Below, one piece after another: positions 17,700-29,375 of a stretch of 64,000 bases of DNA. The translations under genes and the position numbers were made by a program. The notes under the pieces were generated by a model that did not search any database, was not told the origin of the DNA, and saw nothing but the letters and a program-made list of their open reading frames with translations. The stretch comes from Nitrospiraceae bacterium. GTDB lineage: Bacteria; Nitrospirota; Nitrospiria; Nitrospirales; Nitrospiraceae. Numbering within the stretch: the stretch's first letter is position 1; every line of letters starts with the position of its first letter. The stretch covers positions 64,001 through 128,000 of the forward strand of contig JBFWWG010000005.1 in the NCBI GenBank assembly GCA_050246315.1. Reading direction: 5' to 3'.

Positions 17700-20417
17700 G
17701 TGGATCTGATTACTACCCATTCGCAAGCCGACCTGGATGGGCTCGCCTCGATGGTGGCGGCCAGAAAGCTCTATCCAGGGGCCAAGCTGGTGCTGGCGGG
17801 CGGAGCCCAAGATAGCGTACGTCGCTTTCTTGAGGATCACGACCTTGATATCGCCCGTCTTCGCGATTTGAATTTAGAGGAGGTACAGCGAGTCATCCTC
17901 GTCGATACCCAGGACCTGTACCGCATCGAGCAATTGCGGCCGCTCTGGACCAAGCCCGATCTGGTGCTGCACATCTACGATCACCATGTCGATCATCAGG
18001 GGGAGGCGAGGTCGGAGACCTCCGAGGGCCAGCGTCCGCCTGGGCCGAAGGTCGAACGGCTGGTACTGGAACCGGTCGGGGCAACCGTGACGGTGTTGAT
18101 CGAAGCGATTCGAGCCGGTGGCCTGTCGCTTACGCCGTTCGAGGCGACGATACTGGCTGTGGGCCTGTACGAGGAAACCGGATCGTTCACCTACGGTTCG
18201 ACGGGCCCTCGCGATGTCGAGGCGCTCGCGCACCTGTTGCGTGCCGGGACCGACCTCAACATCGTGGCCGCAACCTTGCGTCGCCACCTGGAGCCCGAGC
18301 AGATCGCCATGCTCAACGATCTGCTGAACTCAAGCGAGACGTACTATCTCGAGGGGCGAAAGATCATGCTGGCCGCCAGCGCGAAAGAGGACTATCGCGG
18401 CAACTATCCCAGCGTTGTTGAGCAGTTGATGCAGATCGAAGGGCTGGATGCCGTGATCGCCGCTTTTGTCATGGACAGCAAGGTGATGATCGTGGGACGC
18501 AGCCGTCTCCCCGATATCATCGATGTGGCCTGGATTGCGGGCGAATTCGGCGGCGGCGGCCATGCTGCGGCCGCCGCCGCGACCGTGAAGGGGCAAACCC
18601 TCGTCGAGGTCCGGGAGCGACTGGTCAAGCTCCTGACCGAGCGATACCGGCCGACGCTGATGGCGAAGGATGTGATGACGAGACCGGTGAAAGCGATAGC
18701 GGGTGATGCCAGCCTGGAGGAGGCGGGCCGGCTCATGACGACCTACGGCGTCAATGTCCTGCCCGTGCTCGACAAGCGAGGGGCCTATCAGGGATTGATC
18801 TCGCGCGAGACGATCCAGAAGGCGACGTTTCACAATTTGGAAAAGGCCTCCTGCCGGGAATTCATGCAGACCGATTCGTATGTCGCCGAGCCGGACACAT
18901 CGTTCCATGAAATCGAGCGCCATATGATCGAGCTGAACCAGCGGTTCGTCCCGATTCTGGCAGGAGTCAAAGTGGTCGGGGTGATCACGCGCACGGACCT
19001 GCTGCGGACGCTCCATGAAGACGTGCTCGCGGTCGCTCGAGCCAGGGCCAAGGCCAGGCCCGGCGAGGACCCGGCGGTTCAATTCAGGCGCCGCAATATC
19101 GCGGGGGTGCTCAAGGATCGTCTGCCGGCTCGCGTGGTCGCGCTGATGCAGGAGGCCGGTGAGTTGGCGGATCGTCTGGAAGTCGGGCTCTACGTCGTGG
19201 GCGGCATTGTCCGAGACCTGTTGCTCAGGATCGACAACCTTGATCTTGACCTCGTGGTGGAAGGGGACGGGCTGGCTTTTGCCAAGGTATTTGCCCGCGT
19301 ACAAGGGGGGCAGGTGAAGGTCCATGAGCGATTCGGCACGGCACGGGTGATCTTGGCCGACGGGTTCAAAGTGGATGTCGCCACGGCTCGAGCTGAATAC
19401 TACGAATATCCGACCGCCCTTCCGACGGTCGAGCAGGGTTCCGTGAAAAAGGATCTGTATCGGCGGGATTTCACGATCAACACATTGGCCATACGGCTGA
19501 ACCGGCGGCAGTTCGGAGAGCTGATCGATTTCTTTGGTGGCGAACGAGACCTAAAGGGCCGGACCATCCGTGTCTTGCACAGCTTGAGTTTTGTCGAGGA
19601 CCCGACCAGGGTCTTTCGCGCCATCCGGTTCGCCGTCCGGTTTGATTTCGCTCTGAGCCGGGAGACGCGCGCGCTGATCCAGGGCGTCGCCAGGATGGGC
19701 CTTCTGCGGCGTCTCTCCAAACATCGGCTGACGGACGAACTGCGATTGGTCCTGTCCCAACGGGAGCCGCGCAAGGCCATCGTTCTGATGGATGAGTTGA
19801 ATGTTCTCTCCTGTCTCCATCCGGATCTGAAGCTCACGTCGCGACTGAATACCTTGCTGAAGGCGGTGGAAGCGGCTCTGGATTGGTATCGGCTGCTGTA
19901 TCTCGACCGGCCGATGGACAGTTGGCTGGTGTGTTTGATGGCGATGATTGAGGTGATTCCTCTTCCTGCCAGAAGTCAGGTACTCAAGCGACTTGAACTC
20001 ACAGGGCGTGAGGCGCGCATCATACAGGATGGGAGAATGACCGGATATAGGACCCTTGTGCACCTGGCCAAGACACCACCTCCGACTCCAGCAGAGGTAT
20101 ATCGCGTCCTCAGCAAGAGGGAGGATGATGCGCTGCTGGTTTTTTGGGTGGCCAAGAGCGAGTCAGAGTCCGTCAGACAGCATATCTCAGCATTTTTGAC
20201 CACCTATCAAAAAGCGAGAGCCTCGTTGACGGGAGACGACCTCAAGCGGATGGGCATCAAGCCCGGCCCCCTGTACCGTCGCATTCTCTCGAAACTCTTG
20301 GAAGCTCGTCTCAATGGGGTGGTGAATAATGAGGAGGACGAGCGGAGCTTGGTCCTGTCCTTCATCGGACGGCGAAGGTCTGCGCCGAATCAGCCCAATC
20401 TCTCACCAACGGGCTAG
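17700..20417 (+). CDS. DHH/CBS-domain tRNA nucleotidyltransferase (CCA/A-adding)
   Basis: DLDG, DHH, GGGGH, CBS pair, VGGIVRD, DLDLVV, DLYRRDFTIN, EDPTRVFR. Confidence 0.9.
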   Translation: MDLITTHSQADLDGLASMVAARKLYPGAKLVLAGGAQDSVRRFLEDHDLDIARLRDLNLEEVQRVILVDTQDLYRIEQLRPLWTKPDLVLHIYDHHVDHQGEARSETSEGQRPPGPKVERLVLEPVGATVTVLIEAIRAGGLSLTPFEATILAVGLYEETGSFTYGSTGPRDVEALAHLLRAGTDLNIVAATLRRHLEPEQIAMLNDLLNSSETYYLEGRKIMLAASAKEDYRGNYPSVVEQLMQIEGLDAVIAAFVMDSKVMIVGRSRLPDIIDVAWIAGEFGGGGHAAAAAATVKGQTLVEVRERLVKLLTERYRPTLMAKDVMTRPVKAIAGDASLEEAGRLMTTYGVNVLPVLDKRGAYQGLISRETIQKATFHNLEKASCREFMQTDSYVAEPDTSFHEIERHMIELNQRFVPILAGVKVVGVITRTDLLRTLHEDVLAVARARAKARPGEDPAVQFRRRNIAGVLKDRLPARVVALMQEAGELADRLEVGLYVVGGIVRDLLLRIDNLDLDLVVEGDGLAFAKVFARVQGGQVKVHERFGTARVILADGFKVDVATARAEYYEYPTALPTVEQGSVKKDLYRRDFTINTLAIRLNRRQFGELIDFFGGERDLKGRTIRVLHSLSFVEDPTRVFRAIRFAVRFDFALSRETRALIQGVARMGLLRRLSKHRLTDELRLVLSQREPRKAIVLMDELNVLSCLHPDLKLTSRLNTLLKAVEAALDWYRLLYLDRPMDSWLVCLMAMIEVIPLPARSQVLKRLELTGREARIIQDGRMTGYRTLVHLAKTPPPTPAEVYRVLSKREDDALLVFWVAKSESESVRQHISAFLTTYQKARASLTGDDLKRMGIKPGPLYRRILSKLLEARLNGVVNNEEDERSLVLSFIGRRRSAPNQPNLSPTG

Positions 20418-21037
20418 AGTTCGTTCAACGGCCTATCACCCTCCAACTTCCCAAACAGGTCGCCCAACGCCGAGTGAACCGCTTGGTTGACCGGCGCCTT
20501 ATCGTCGTCCGTGCCGGTTCGCCGGACCACGCCGACGGATTTGCCGAAGCCGGAGTACTCCCGCATGACTCGACCTGTCACGGCGTCGCTGAGCGTGCCG
20601 GTGGCACGGGCGACATAAATGGTGTTGAATTTAAATCCCAGGCTCGGATCGATGTAGATCAGCATCCGAATCGCGAGGCGAACGTTGGAAGGGCCCTGGT
20701 TGACCACCAGGGTGCGAAACGTGCCGCGCGAGGCCACATAATCTATCAGGGCCTGTTCCCAGGCCTCCTTATCGTTGGTGAGGGTCGGCACCGGTGCGGT
20801 GATCCGATTCTGCAGGTTGGGGTCGGGGGACATCGTTGCGCCCGGTTGAACGAGAAACGCCCCGATCGTGGTCAACTCCACCGTGGCCGCGTAAGGAAGC
20901 GAGGTCTTGGTCGGGACGACTGTGGCCGGTGCGAAGGGAATCTTATTGCAGGCCGTGACCGTGGCGATGAGGAGAATGAGACCGGACAGCAGGAACTGGC
21001 CCTGAGGGCCGGCTCGTGAATGAGGAGCGCAATTCAT
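20414..21037 (-). CDS. Hypothetical lipoprotein
   Basis: Hydrophobic leader ending VTAC. Confidence 0.65.
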   Translation of the reverse strand: MNCAPHSRAGPQGQFLLSGLILLIATVTACNKIPFAPATVVPTKTSLPYAATVELTTIGAFLVQPGATMSPDPNLQNRITAPVPTLTNDKEAWEQALIDYVASRGTFRTLVVNQGPSNVRLAIRMLIYIDPSLGFKFNTIYVARATGTLSDAVTGRVMREYSGFGKSVGVVRRTGTDDDKAPVNQAVHSALGDLFGKLEGDRPLNEL

Positions 21038-21205
21038 GCGAGGCCTCCACTGGGCGTTACGGAGAGCAGGCGGTCGATGCCGCGCTGTGTGTTTATGATC
21101 AGTCTACCGACGGCGGACCATGGCTGGCAAGGGAGCGAGGAAGCTGGAAGCAGATGTCGGGGATGCCGGCGGCGAGGAGGCGTGGGCGGATCCGGCTTTC
21201 TCTCG

Positions 21206-24124
21206 CTATCGATGCGGTGGAGACCAGGGCGGAGGTGTCCATAATGGATGATGGTCGGCACTGGCCGGGAGATTGACAAGGAATGTTGTGCCCTTACCGA
21301 TCTCGCTTTTGACTTCGATGTGCCCACAATGCTCATGCACGATCTGATGCACGATCGTGAGACCTAAGCCGGTCCCCTCATGCTCACCGCTGGCATGCTT
21401 GGTCGTGAAGAACGGATCAAAAATATGGTCCAGGTTCTCCGGCGCAATGCCCTTGCCTGTGTCTGTAATCTCGATTTGGATCCAAGAGGCGTGATGCGGC
21501 TTCCTGAGCAAATGGGTCTTGACGGACAAACATCCGCCCTGTTGCGCCATCGCATCCATGGCGTTGATGAACAGATTGAGCAGGACCTGCTTGATCTGCT
21601 GACGGTCGAGCGTCACCAGCGGTAAGTCGGAGGCGAAGTCCCGCTCGATCCTGATGGATTTGGCTGACGCCTTCACTTGGATGAAATAGAGACAGGAGGC
21701 CACGATATCATTGAGATTCTCTTCCGTGAGTTTCGGCTCCATGTAGCGGGCATAATCCAGGATCTCCTGAATGAGCCGCTCGATACGCCGGACGTCTTCC
21801 ACGACGATTTCGCTGAACTTCTCCACGAAGTCCTGATCGTCCCGCCGGTCGGGAACCAATTGGATGAAGGTCTTGATGGAGGTCAGCGGGTTGCGGATCT
21901 CATGCGCGAACCCTCCGGCGATGGTCTCCAGCGAGCGGAGCCGGTCGGTCCGTCTCATGAGGGTCTGCGAGTGCTTAAGAGCCTCATAGAGCAATGAATT
22001 GTCCAGTGCGATCGCGGCATGTTGGCCGAGGGTCATCAGCAGACTCAGGTCATGGTCGCTATAGCTCCGCTGACTCTCCTTGGTGCCCAGGTTACAGAAT
22101 CCGACGAGGCGCTCCTTGTTGATTAAGGGCACGCATATTTCGGCGGCCAAGAGCTCCATGGTGTCGAGAAGCGTGGGCGTCGTGGCTTCGACCGGGCCAT
22201 CCTCCAACTCTCCGCGCACCAATGCGTTGTTGAACCGCACGAGCGCGACCGGAAACGCTTCGTCAGCTTTCATGCTGATCGGCAGCGAAATCGATGGCGG
22301 CAGTCCGTGCGAGGCGGCTGGGCCGTACACCTGCCTCTCACTATCCAGCACGTACAATGATGCAGTCGTGATCTTCATGACCTTGGTGATGGTCACCACC
22401 ATCTCTTTCGTGAGCGACTGCAGGTCGACGATCGATACCAAGGAACGGGAAAACTGAACCAGGGTGTCATACGCGTCATACCGAGCGGGGAAAAGTCGAT
22501 GCCCGATCAGATCCTCGAGCCTACTCTGAAGGTTCGCCAAGAGCCCGGAGAGCGCGACAAATACCCCCAAGAGAACGCCGGCCATCAGAAATTGCGAGGT
22601 GCCGGTAAACAGCCAAACAATCGTCAACGTGGCAGCATAGGCCGGAATCAGCACCAAGAATTGCGACGCGAGGACCACATAGCCTTGCGGTGACGGCAAG
22701 GTGATGTTCATGAGATCGTGCTTGACGATCGTGTACGAGACAAGGGCGATCCAGAGTCCTGTCGTGAGGTATCCAATCGGATAGAACTCAACCCCGTAGC
22801 TTTGAATGAAATCAGCCGATCCCAGGAAGGCGATTACAAACGCCCATAAGGTGAGCTGCATCCTGACGACCAGGTCTTGCGGTCGAAATGGGCTCGGGCG
22901 GGCCGCGCGATACAAATGGGCTAAGCCAAGGGCACAGATGACATAAAAATAGACGAGAAACAGCGGATGCAACGGGCCGGCCTGCCCGTAATAGCCCCAA
23001 TAGTAGCGGTAGGTTCCGCTGATCAGCGATGAGGTTGGCAAGAGAGTCACAAACGCGGTACTGATGCCATAGTTCACGGACACAAGTCGGTCCCGTCGAT
23101 CTGGGGAGACCAATCGCAAACAAAAATGATAGAAGGTGGCCGGAATGAACACGACGGCGATATGGATGGCTTTGCTCCACCAGAGCGCCGCGGCCGCATC
23201 CGCCGAGGTGTACATCATGACGCAGCCAATCAGCCATGAGGCCACTCCGAGGGAGAGCAGGCCGAAGCTCACATTGGTGGAGCGTCGAGGCTGATCAAGA
23301 AAAACCAAACTGCCACAGGCCAGCACTAAAAACGAGACCGCCAGAGGCGGCACCGAATATGCGGTGATGCGCTGGCTGAGCAACGCGGCGACCGACGACG
23401 CCAGCAACACTCCTGAGAGGACAACGAAATAGGCGACACCTTTGTTGATGACGACGTTGAGATCCATGAGTCGGTAGCGGACGATCGCGTACGACATAAG
23501 GATCGGATACAGCGGAACCGTGAAGTTGAGATACGGGTAGATATCGATGCCGAAGACGGGGAGGAAGCAGGTTCCTCCTCCCGCAAAGCCTACCGCGGTG
23601 GCCAGAAAGAAATACTTGATTTGGTCTTTCTTGATCCCCGACGCCTCTCGATAGATTGTCCAGAGTTCGTAATGTCCATAGGCGATCACGGAGAAAAAGA
23701 ACACGACAAAGTAGGGGTACACCGGTCCCGGAGGTGAATCATAATAAAAAGAAGAAAACACGAAGCGCATATGTCGGATCAGCAGATCGGTGAAAAGATT
23801 CATAAGCAGGATCGAGAATCCGACTAAGTAGATAAGGATGAGGGGAAGGGTGCGTTTGATGTTCAGGAAGGCAAAGACAAAGTGCGCAAACAGCACCGGA
23901 ATCAGGATGACACCCACATGGGTGACCTTCCACCACCAGTGTGCAGCGGCTTCGTCGGTCGTGAGAGCGATCTTGTAGGATCCGAATCCCCACAGGGCCA
24001 CCGCCATGGCAAACAGTGCCCACAGTCGATGCGGTCCCCTAGAGGGTTTCTTGAGGTATACCAGAGTGCCAAGCACGCTGCTTGTGACGCAGGTCAACAG
24101 GCCGGACAGGGCGAACGCGTTCAT
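21206..24124 (-). CDS. Sensor histidine kinase with two tandem HisKA_7TM-like membrane domains + GAF + HisKA/HATPase
   Basis: Two similar multi-TM units ([13 protein letters not shown] / [23 protein letters not shown] / [10 protein letters not shown]); H-box [34 protein letters not shown]. Confidence 0.9.
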   Translation of the reverse strand: MNAFALSGLLTCVTSSVLGTLVYLKKPSRGPHRLWALFAMAVALWGFGSYKIALTTDEAAAHWWWKVTHVGVILIPVLFAHFVFAFLNIKRTLPLILIYLVGFSILLMNLFTDLLIRHMRFVFSSFYYDSPPGPVYPYFVVFFFSVIAYGHYELWTIYREASGIKKDQIKYFFLATAVGFAGGGTCFLPVFGIDIYPYLNFTVPLYPILMSYAIVRYRLMDLNVVINKGVAYFVVLSGVLLASSVAALLSQRITAYSVPPLAVSFLVLACGSLVFLDQPRRSTNVSFGLLSLGVASWLIGCVMMYTSADAAAALWWSKAIHIAVVFIPATFYHFCLRLVSPDRRDRLVSVNYGISTAFVTLLPTSSLISGTYRYYWGYYGQAGPLHPLFLVYFYVICALGLAHLYRAARPSPFRPQDLVVRMQLTLWAFVIAFLGSADFIQSYGVEFYPIGYLTTGLWIALVSYTIVKHDLMNITLPSPQGYVVLASQFLVLIPAYAATLTIVWLFTGTSQFLMAGVLLGVFVALSGLLANLQSRLEDLIGHRLFPARYDAYDTLVQFSRSLVSIVDLQSLTKEMVVTITKVMKITTASLYVLDSERQVYGPAASHGLPPSISLPISMKADEAFPVALVRFNNALVRGELEDGPVEATTPTLLDTMELLAAEICVPLINKERLVGFCNLGTKESQRSYSDHDLSLLMTLGQHAAIALDNSLLYEALKHSQTLMRRTDRLRSLETIAGGFAHEIRNPLTSIKTFIQLVPDRRDDQDFVEKFSEIVVEDVRRIERLIQEILDYARYMEPKLTEENLNDIVASCLYFIQVKASAKSIRIERDFASDLPLVTLDRQQIKQVLLNLFINAMDAMAQQGGCLSVKTHLLRKPHHASWIQIEITDTGKGIAPENLDHIFDPFFTTKHASGEHEGTGLGLTIVHQIVHEHCGHIEVKSEIGKGTTFLVNLPASADHHPLWTPPPWSPPHR

Positions 24125-24343
24125 ACGAAGCGGGTCGTCCGATGGAGAGACAAAGAATGACGCATGATCGGATGAGTGGCGGTGTATAACGTCATCCCCG
24201 TCGGTTGGTTCCTCAGCTACGAGCGGATGTAAGGAACGTGGCCGACCGGGAACCACAAGGTGGAGGGATTGTGAACGCAAATGAGGCTGATGTGCAAGAG
24301 ACAGTACAGGCCACGCGTCGGGAAAGACCGATCGAAGCGGGTA

Positions 24344-26125
24344 CTACGCGCAGGCATGTTCGGAAGGGCGGGCGTCGCTCGCCGATTTCCGACCATACTT
24401 GAGGTGTGCACGGGCGAATGTGCCATTTGCGACACGCGCGCAAATCGCCAGCTCTCCAGCCAAGACCGAGGCCGCGACGATCTCTGCGAATTTCTTCGCC
24501 TTCCCCTGCCCTGCACATCCCATGAGTTGCAGGCATTCGCGTTGGGTAGCCAAGCCTGTGCCGCCCCCGACCGTGCCGACGAGAAGGCTGGGGAGTTTCA
24601 CGCTGACATAGAGGGCTCCCTCCTCGGTCACTTCGAAGTTGGTTACGCCGACGTGCGAATCCACGACGCACGCGATGTCTTGGCCGCACGCCGTATAAAT
24701 GGCAGTCAGCATATTGGCCGTGTGTCCATTGATGCCGACCATGCCGACGTGAGCCGCGCAGAGTCTGACGGTGTGATAGAAGTCGACCACATCGGAGGGG
24801 TTGACGTGAAATGAGCGTCGGATCAAACCTGCGGGAATCATCGCTTCGGCTAGCACAGTCTTCCCGAATCCTCTGACGAAGTGGTGCGCCGTCACTTTCT
24901 TGATGGAAGAAAAATTAGGTTGGAGATAGAAGCGTCGAGGCTTAACTGCATCCGTGATGAATCGACAAGCCTTCTCGGTCGCAAACGTCACCATATTGAT
25001 GCCCATGGCATCGCCGGTGTCGTAGGAGAACTTCACCACGACATTGCGGTCGAGCAGATGAGGTTCCAACGTCATGAGCTTGGCGTGCCGCGTCGTGCTT
25101 TCGGCATGCTCCTTGATGAGGGGAAAATTCGCATGAAGCCACTCGCAGAATTGCCGAGCGGCCCCTAAGGTGCCGAACGAGAAGATCGGAGAAATATCCA
25201 GTTGATCGTTAAGGATGCTGGTGGTAGCGCCTCCCGCCAACGAAACCAGGAGCATGCCCTCCGTACAGGTATAGGTCAGGGTGCCTTCCGTCGTCGCGAT
25301 CGGCACATAATAAGTGCCTTGTGCGTGTTGCCCATTCACAATCAATGGCCCGGCGATCCCGATTGGGATCTGTGCGGAACCAATGAAGTGTTCGATGTGT
25401 CCTCGCAGGTTATCGGGATTCTCCGAATATCGGCCGATATGGGGCAACTCCGTTTCGCACTTCTTGGAAAGCCAGGCTCGGCGGATATCCGCTGCCTCCG
25501 ACGTATAGTCGTATCGCTTGATCTTGGGAAGCAGATCACTGGTAGACAGGACTGACGTTGCAGAGGGGGCTGCGATCCGGGGTTCGCGTTCATCCGTTGC
25601 AGAAGGCGTCCCTTCAGCCGCTGCCTCTTCGTGAACGGCGGCATCCTTCGTGACATACAAATTTAGAAAGGATTGTCTGCGTGCTCGATCGCCGCGGATT
25701 TCCTGAAGAGCTGAAGCCAGGATTTCTCGTTCACATTCTCCCAGGGCTGTAAACTTGATGCGGGTGCGATGATAAGGCACCCCCCTGATCGTCTTGGGGG
25801 ACGAATGGGTTACTCGACCGGCGAAGTTAAGATGGCACACGTTTCCAAAGGTACAGCGAAGAGGCAGGGAGTTTCGTCCGCCAAGACCGATTGCCGTGTT
25901 CAGGTGGAGGCCCGCAGGGGTGAAGTGATCAGCATGTCCGATGATCTGTTGGTCGTCAACATGGATCAGTACGGGTATCCCAAGACGTACCCGGCCAAAA
26001 GGTCGCACGGGTATGAGTTTACCGGGCCGGAAGCGAGTGTTGGGATTGGTGAGAGGAATCGGCTTGGCACTGGAGGACACGCTTGGTAGGACAGAGGTGG
26101 CAAAGGGCATCACAGCACGCTCCAT
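24344..26125 (-). CDS. Class-I HMG-CoA-reductase-like enzyme with N-terminal PilZ-like domain
   Basis: EHFIG, TTEG, GDAMGINM, GQD, GTVGGGT, C-terminal His; N-terminal RPFGR and DHFTPAG. Confidence 0.8.
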   Translation of the reverse strand: MERAVMPFATSVLPSVSSSAKPIPLTNPNTRFRPGKLIPVRPFGRVRLGIPVLIHVDDQQIIGHADHFTPAGLHLNTAIGLGGRNSLPLRCTFGNVCHLNFAGRVTHSSPKTIRGVPYHRTRIKFTALGECEREILASALQEIRGDRARRQSFLNLYVTKDAAVHEEAAAEGTPSATDEREPRIAAPSATSVLSTSDLLPKIKRYDYTSEAADIRRAWLSKKCETELPHIGRYSENPDNLRGHIEHFIGSAQIPIGIAGPLIVNGQHAQGTYYVPIATTEGTLTYTCTEGMLLVSLAGGATTSILNDQLDISPIFSFGTLGAARQFCEWLHANFPLIKEHAESTTRHAKLMTLEPHLLDRNVVVKFSYDTGDAMGINMVTFATEKACRFITDAVKPRRFYLQPNFSSIKKVTAHHFVRGFGKTVLAEAMIPAGLIRRSFHVNPSDVVDFYHTVRLCAAHVGMVGINGHTANMLTAIYTACGQDIACVVDSHVGVTNFEVTEEGALYVSVKLPSLLVGTVGGGTGLATQRECLQLMGCAGQGKAKKFAEIVAASVLAGELAICARVANGTFARAHLKYGRKSASDARPSEHACA

Positions 26126-26378
26126 TCCTGGCCGCCGTCATCCGGAAGGGGGACGACGGGCCTGCAATCAATGGCCTGGCTTGGTGGATTTCCAGAACAT
26201 GTGCGTTGGCATGGATCCTCAGCAGGGAGAATGTCCGACAGGAAATGCGAATGGTTTTCAGGGTCTTGTTGTGTCGAATCTGAACGTGTTCCGAGTTCTT
26301 GTCAATTGATTCGTCGCTCTTGTCAAGAGACCGATGGGTCTTGGATATGTGGGGGAGGCGGGAAGTTGCTCAGAGGAG

Positions 26379-27077
26379 TTAGTCTTCCTTCGGATTACTC
26401 AACAGGGCGGAGAGTTCTCGGGGCAAGAGGAGGGTGATGAAGGTTGTGGCGTTGGGGCTCTGGTGAAACGCGGCCAGCAATAGCCGCGGTCGTGGGACGG
26501 TGTCGGGAGGAAAGGTCAACAGGGCCGGTACATCGATGACGGACTTGTTCGCTGGAGCGCCCATCAGGCGCAAACGAAGTGCAAGAAGAATATCTCGAAC
26601 ACGGGCTGCGTGTTCCGATTCGGGCACGCTGGCGGAGGCAGTCACCATGGCGTCCCAGGCTGGCTGTGTTATGCCCACGGCGAAGGGGACGCCGAGGTTT
26701 CTCGCCATCGACGTGATTTCAATCCACTCGCCGACATGGAGCACTTGTTCGTGCGGCAGGGCGACATGTGATTGGTCTTCGGCCGTGGATGATTCGGAGA
26801 ATGTTGGACCAAACGAATGACTGCGCTCCTGCCGGCTTGCCAAAAAGGACTCGCCTATTCCGAAGTCTGACCCCTCGTCCCTTGTGGCATGGGGCATTCC
26901 GGAAGTAGGGATGGAAGCCGGATTGAGTTGTTCCGTGTCGGGCGCGAGCGCCTGCCTGATGCCGTTGTAGACGGCGCGGGCGGCTGCCGACCATCTAGGC
27001 TCGAATGGCCGGCCGGCAAATGCCGCCTCGGCCGCGAGCTTTTCATCGAAGCTCAATGTGCGTGGTGTAGTGGTCAT
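26379..27077 (-). CDS. Hypothetical protein
   Basis: Long ORF, no recognised motif. Confidence 0.6.
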   Translation of the reverse strand: MTTTPRTLSFDEKLAAEAAFAGRPFEPRWSAAARAVYNGIRQALAPDTEQLNPASIPTSGMPHATRDEGSDFGIGESFLASRQERSHSFGPTFSESSTAEDQSHVALPHEQVLHVGEWIEITSMARNLGVPFAVGITQPAWDAMVTASASVPESEHAARVRDILLALRLRLMGAPANKSVIDVPALLTFPPDTVPRPRLLLAAFHQSPNATTFITLLLPRELSALLSNPKED

Positions 27078-27227
27078 GGTACTGATAATGAATAGCTCTG
27101 AATCGGACGGTGTCAAGTTTCTGCGGGGCCTTCCGGACGAGACGATTTGCAACCTGCCGTTTACCTTGCGGAATCGGTGCCGGCATTCGATGGAAATGAA
27201 TCCATGCGCTTCAGCCGCGTCTCGTCA

Positions 27228-28520
27228 TCAAGGCGGCAACGGGCGTCCCTTGGTTTCAGGTGCGAACGGCAAGACCAACAGGCCAACCAGATAAATGAGT
27301 CCGACTGCGCTGGCCGCACTGCCCACCTGACCGAACATTGCGACGAGCGAACCGGTGAGAAACGGACCGCCCGACGCCAGCACGCGCCCCGCATTGAAGC
27401 AGAAGCCGGCTCCCGTGGCGCGTATGCGCGTCGGATAGAGCTCGGGTAAATAGATCGGGAAACCGCTGAAGATGCCGTTGTTGAAAAAACCAAGGACTGG
27501 AAGGCACAGCAACAGGTAACGGTAGGATTCCACATACAGGAAGGTGACCGGCAGCATGACCACACTGCCGAGACACATCAATCCAAATACAGGACGGCGT
27601 CCCCAACGATCCGCGAGGAGACCGAAGCTGAGATAGCCGAATAGAGCGCCGGCATTGAGGCACATGATGGCGTAGCTGACGAAGGGTGCGATCTCAGACT
27701 TGGTCAATCCCTGCATGTCCGAGAACGAGTGGATCAAGGTCGGGGTCCAGTTAGTCGCCCCCCAGAGGCCAAACACGGCCACAAAGGCCAGGATTGATCC
27801 GACCAAAGTGGATCGTAGGAATCTCGGCTGAAACAATTCGCCGAGGCGAGAGAAGACGCCGTCCCGTTGCTGCGCCAGTTCCTCGGAATGGACACGGGTC
27901 CAGCGTTCCGGTTCCTTGACCCACCACCGCACCAAGAAGGCGACCAGGGCGGGGGCCACGCCGGCCACAAAGAGCCAGCGCCAGCCGTATCCCTTTAACA
28001 GGAGATTCAACAGCGCCGCGAGAAAAAATCCGACGGCCCAGGCCGACTGTAAGATCCCGGCGGCCTTGGCGCGTTTCTCTTCCGGCCAGACCTCGGCGAC
28101 GATCGCGGCGCCGGCAGCCCATTCTCCGCCGATACCCAGGGCCGTGAGAAAACGAAAGATTGCCAACTGCCACCATTCTTGCGCGAGCGCGGCCAACCCC
28201 GTAAAACCGGCGTATATCAGAATCGTTGCGATGAGCGTCCTGGTGCGGCCGAATCGATCCGCCAGGATGCCGAAAATGATTCCCCCGGCTGCCCACCCGA
28301 TCAGGAAGACCGAGAAGATGATGCCGCCGTACCAACTGATGCTTTCCGCATCGGCGACGATGACGGTCCGTCCCACCAACAGTTCTTCCAGCGCCGGGTG
28401 TAGCACAATCGCGTAAATCGTGGCGTCCATGGCGTCGAACACCCATCCGAGCCAGGCCACGAGGAGCACCATCCATTGATAGCGTGTAACGGATCGGAAC
28501 CAGGACGGCATGAAGTGCAT
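27228..28520 (-). CDS. MFS transporter
   Basis: GILADRFGR, GIGGEW, YLPELYPTRIRATG; ~12 TM helices. Confidence 0.92.
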   Translation of the reverse strand: MHFMPSWFRSVTRYQWMVLLVAWLGWVFDAMDATIYAIVLHPALEELLVGRTVIVADAESISWYGGIIFSVFLIGWAAGGIIFGILADRFGRTRTLIATILIYAGFTGLAALAQEWWQLAIFRFLTALGIGGEWAAGAAIVAEVWPEEKRAKAAGILQSAWAVGFFLAALLNLLLKGYGWRWLFVAGVAPALVAFLVRWWVKEPERWTRVHSEELAQQRDGVFSRLGELFQPRFLRSTLVGSILAFVAVFGLWGATNWTPTLIHSFSDMQGLTKSEIAPFVSYAIMCLNAGALFGYLSFGLLADRWGRRPVFGLMCLGSVVMLPVTFLYVESYRYLLLCLPVLGFFNNGIFSGFPIYLPELYPTRIRATGAGFCFNAGRVLASGGPFLTGSLVAMFGQVGSAASAVGLIYLVGLLVLPFAPETKGRPLPP

Positions 28521-28649
28521 TCCGTGATCGAACGTTGCGCCAGGCTAGGGATCGCGCGATGCCCTGTCAAGTGATCTGCGGTAGCGCCGTGATTTGCCGC
28601 CCCGAAAAACCGGATGGTATAGTCGATTCCGAACAGGCGCGGATGGCGA

Positions 28650-29285
28650 ATGCGGATCGACTATTATGAGGTGCTCGGTGTCCGGCGTGACGCGTCGGAC
28701 GAAGAGATCAAAAGGGCGTACCGGAAGCTCGTGTTCCAGTATCACCCCGATCGCAACCCGGACAACGCCGAGGCGGAGGTCAAGATTCGGGAGCTCAACG
28801 CGGCCTATGCGGTGTTGGGCGATCAGGACGCGAGGAAGTCGTACGAACGGCTGCGTTGGGGTGCTGAGCCTCAGGACACGGGACCGGACCTGGATGTGGT
28901 CCTCGCCAGTATGTTCGGAAAGCTAGAGGACGAGGGTCGCAAAGAAATCTTCGCCCTCTGGATCAAGGAGGTCGGTCGGATCAAAGTGGAGCTGGCCATC
29001 ATTCGAGAACGGACGGTGGCGGTGCAGGGCTACGACACGTTTCGAGACGATATTGTGCTGACCCGCGGCCGGGAGATCTTGGAGGAGTTCATCACGGCCG
29101 AAATGGACCAACGCAAGGATCGCCTGCTGGACGTCGCGATGCAAATGATGAAATCGCAGCGAGTCATCGATGCCACCGATGAGCGCCAGGCGCAGGAACT
29201 GCGCGCACGGTTCGATGAGCGGCTTCGAGCCGGACGGCTCAACGGGTTGGCCGCGGCCTTAGAGCTGTTCTACCAACGGCGGTGA
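28650..29285 (+). CDS. DnaJ-domain protein
   Basis: [15 protein letters not shown]. Confidence 0.88.
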   Translation: MRIDYYEVLGVRRDASDEEIKRAYRKLVFQYHPDRNPDNAEAEVKIRELNAAYAVLGDQDARKSYERLRWGAEPQDTGPDLDVVLASMFGKLEDEGRKEIFALWIKEVGRIKVELAIIRERTVAVQGYDTFRDDIVLTRGREILEEFITAEMDQRKDRLLDVAMQMMKSQRVIDATDERQAQELRARFDERLRAGRLNGLAAALELFYQRR

Positions 29286-29375
29286 TCGGTGCCGTCATGC
29301 GTCAATCGTCGCCGGTCATTCGCCGATCGTGAAAACGACGGCGAGGCTTGTCGATTGACGCAAGACGTTTGACGA

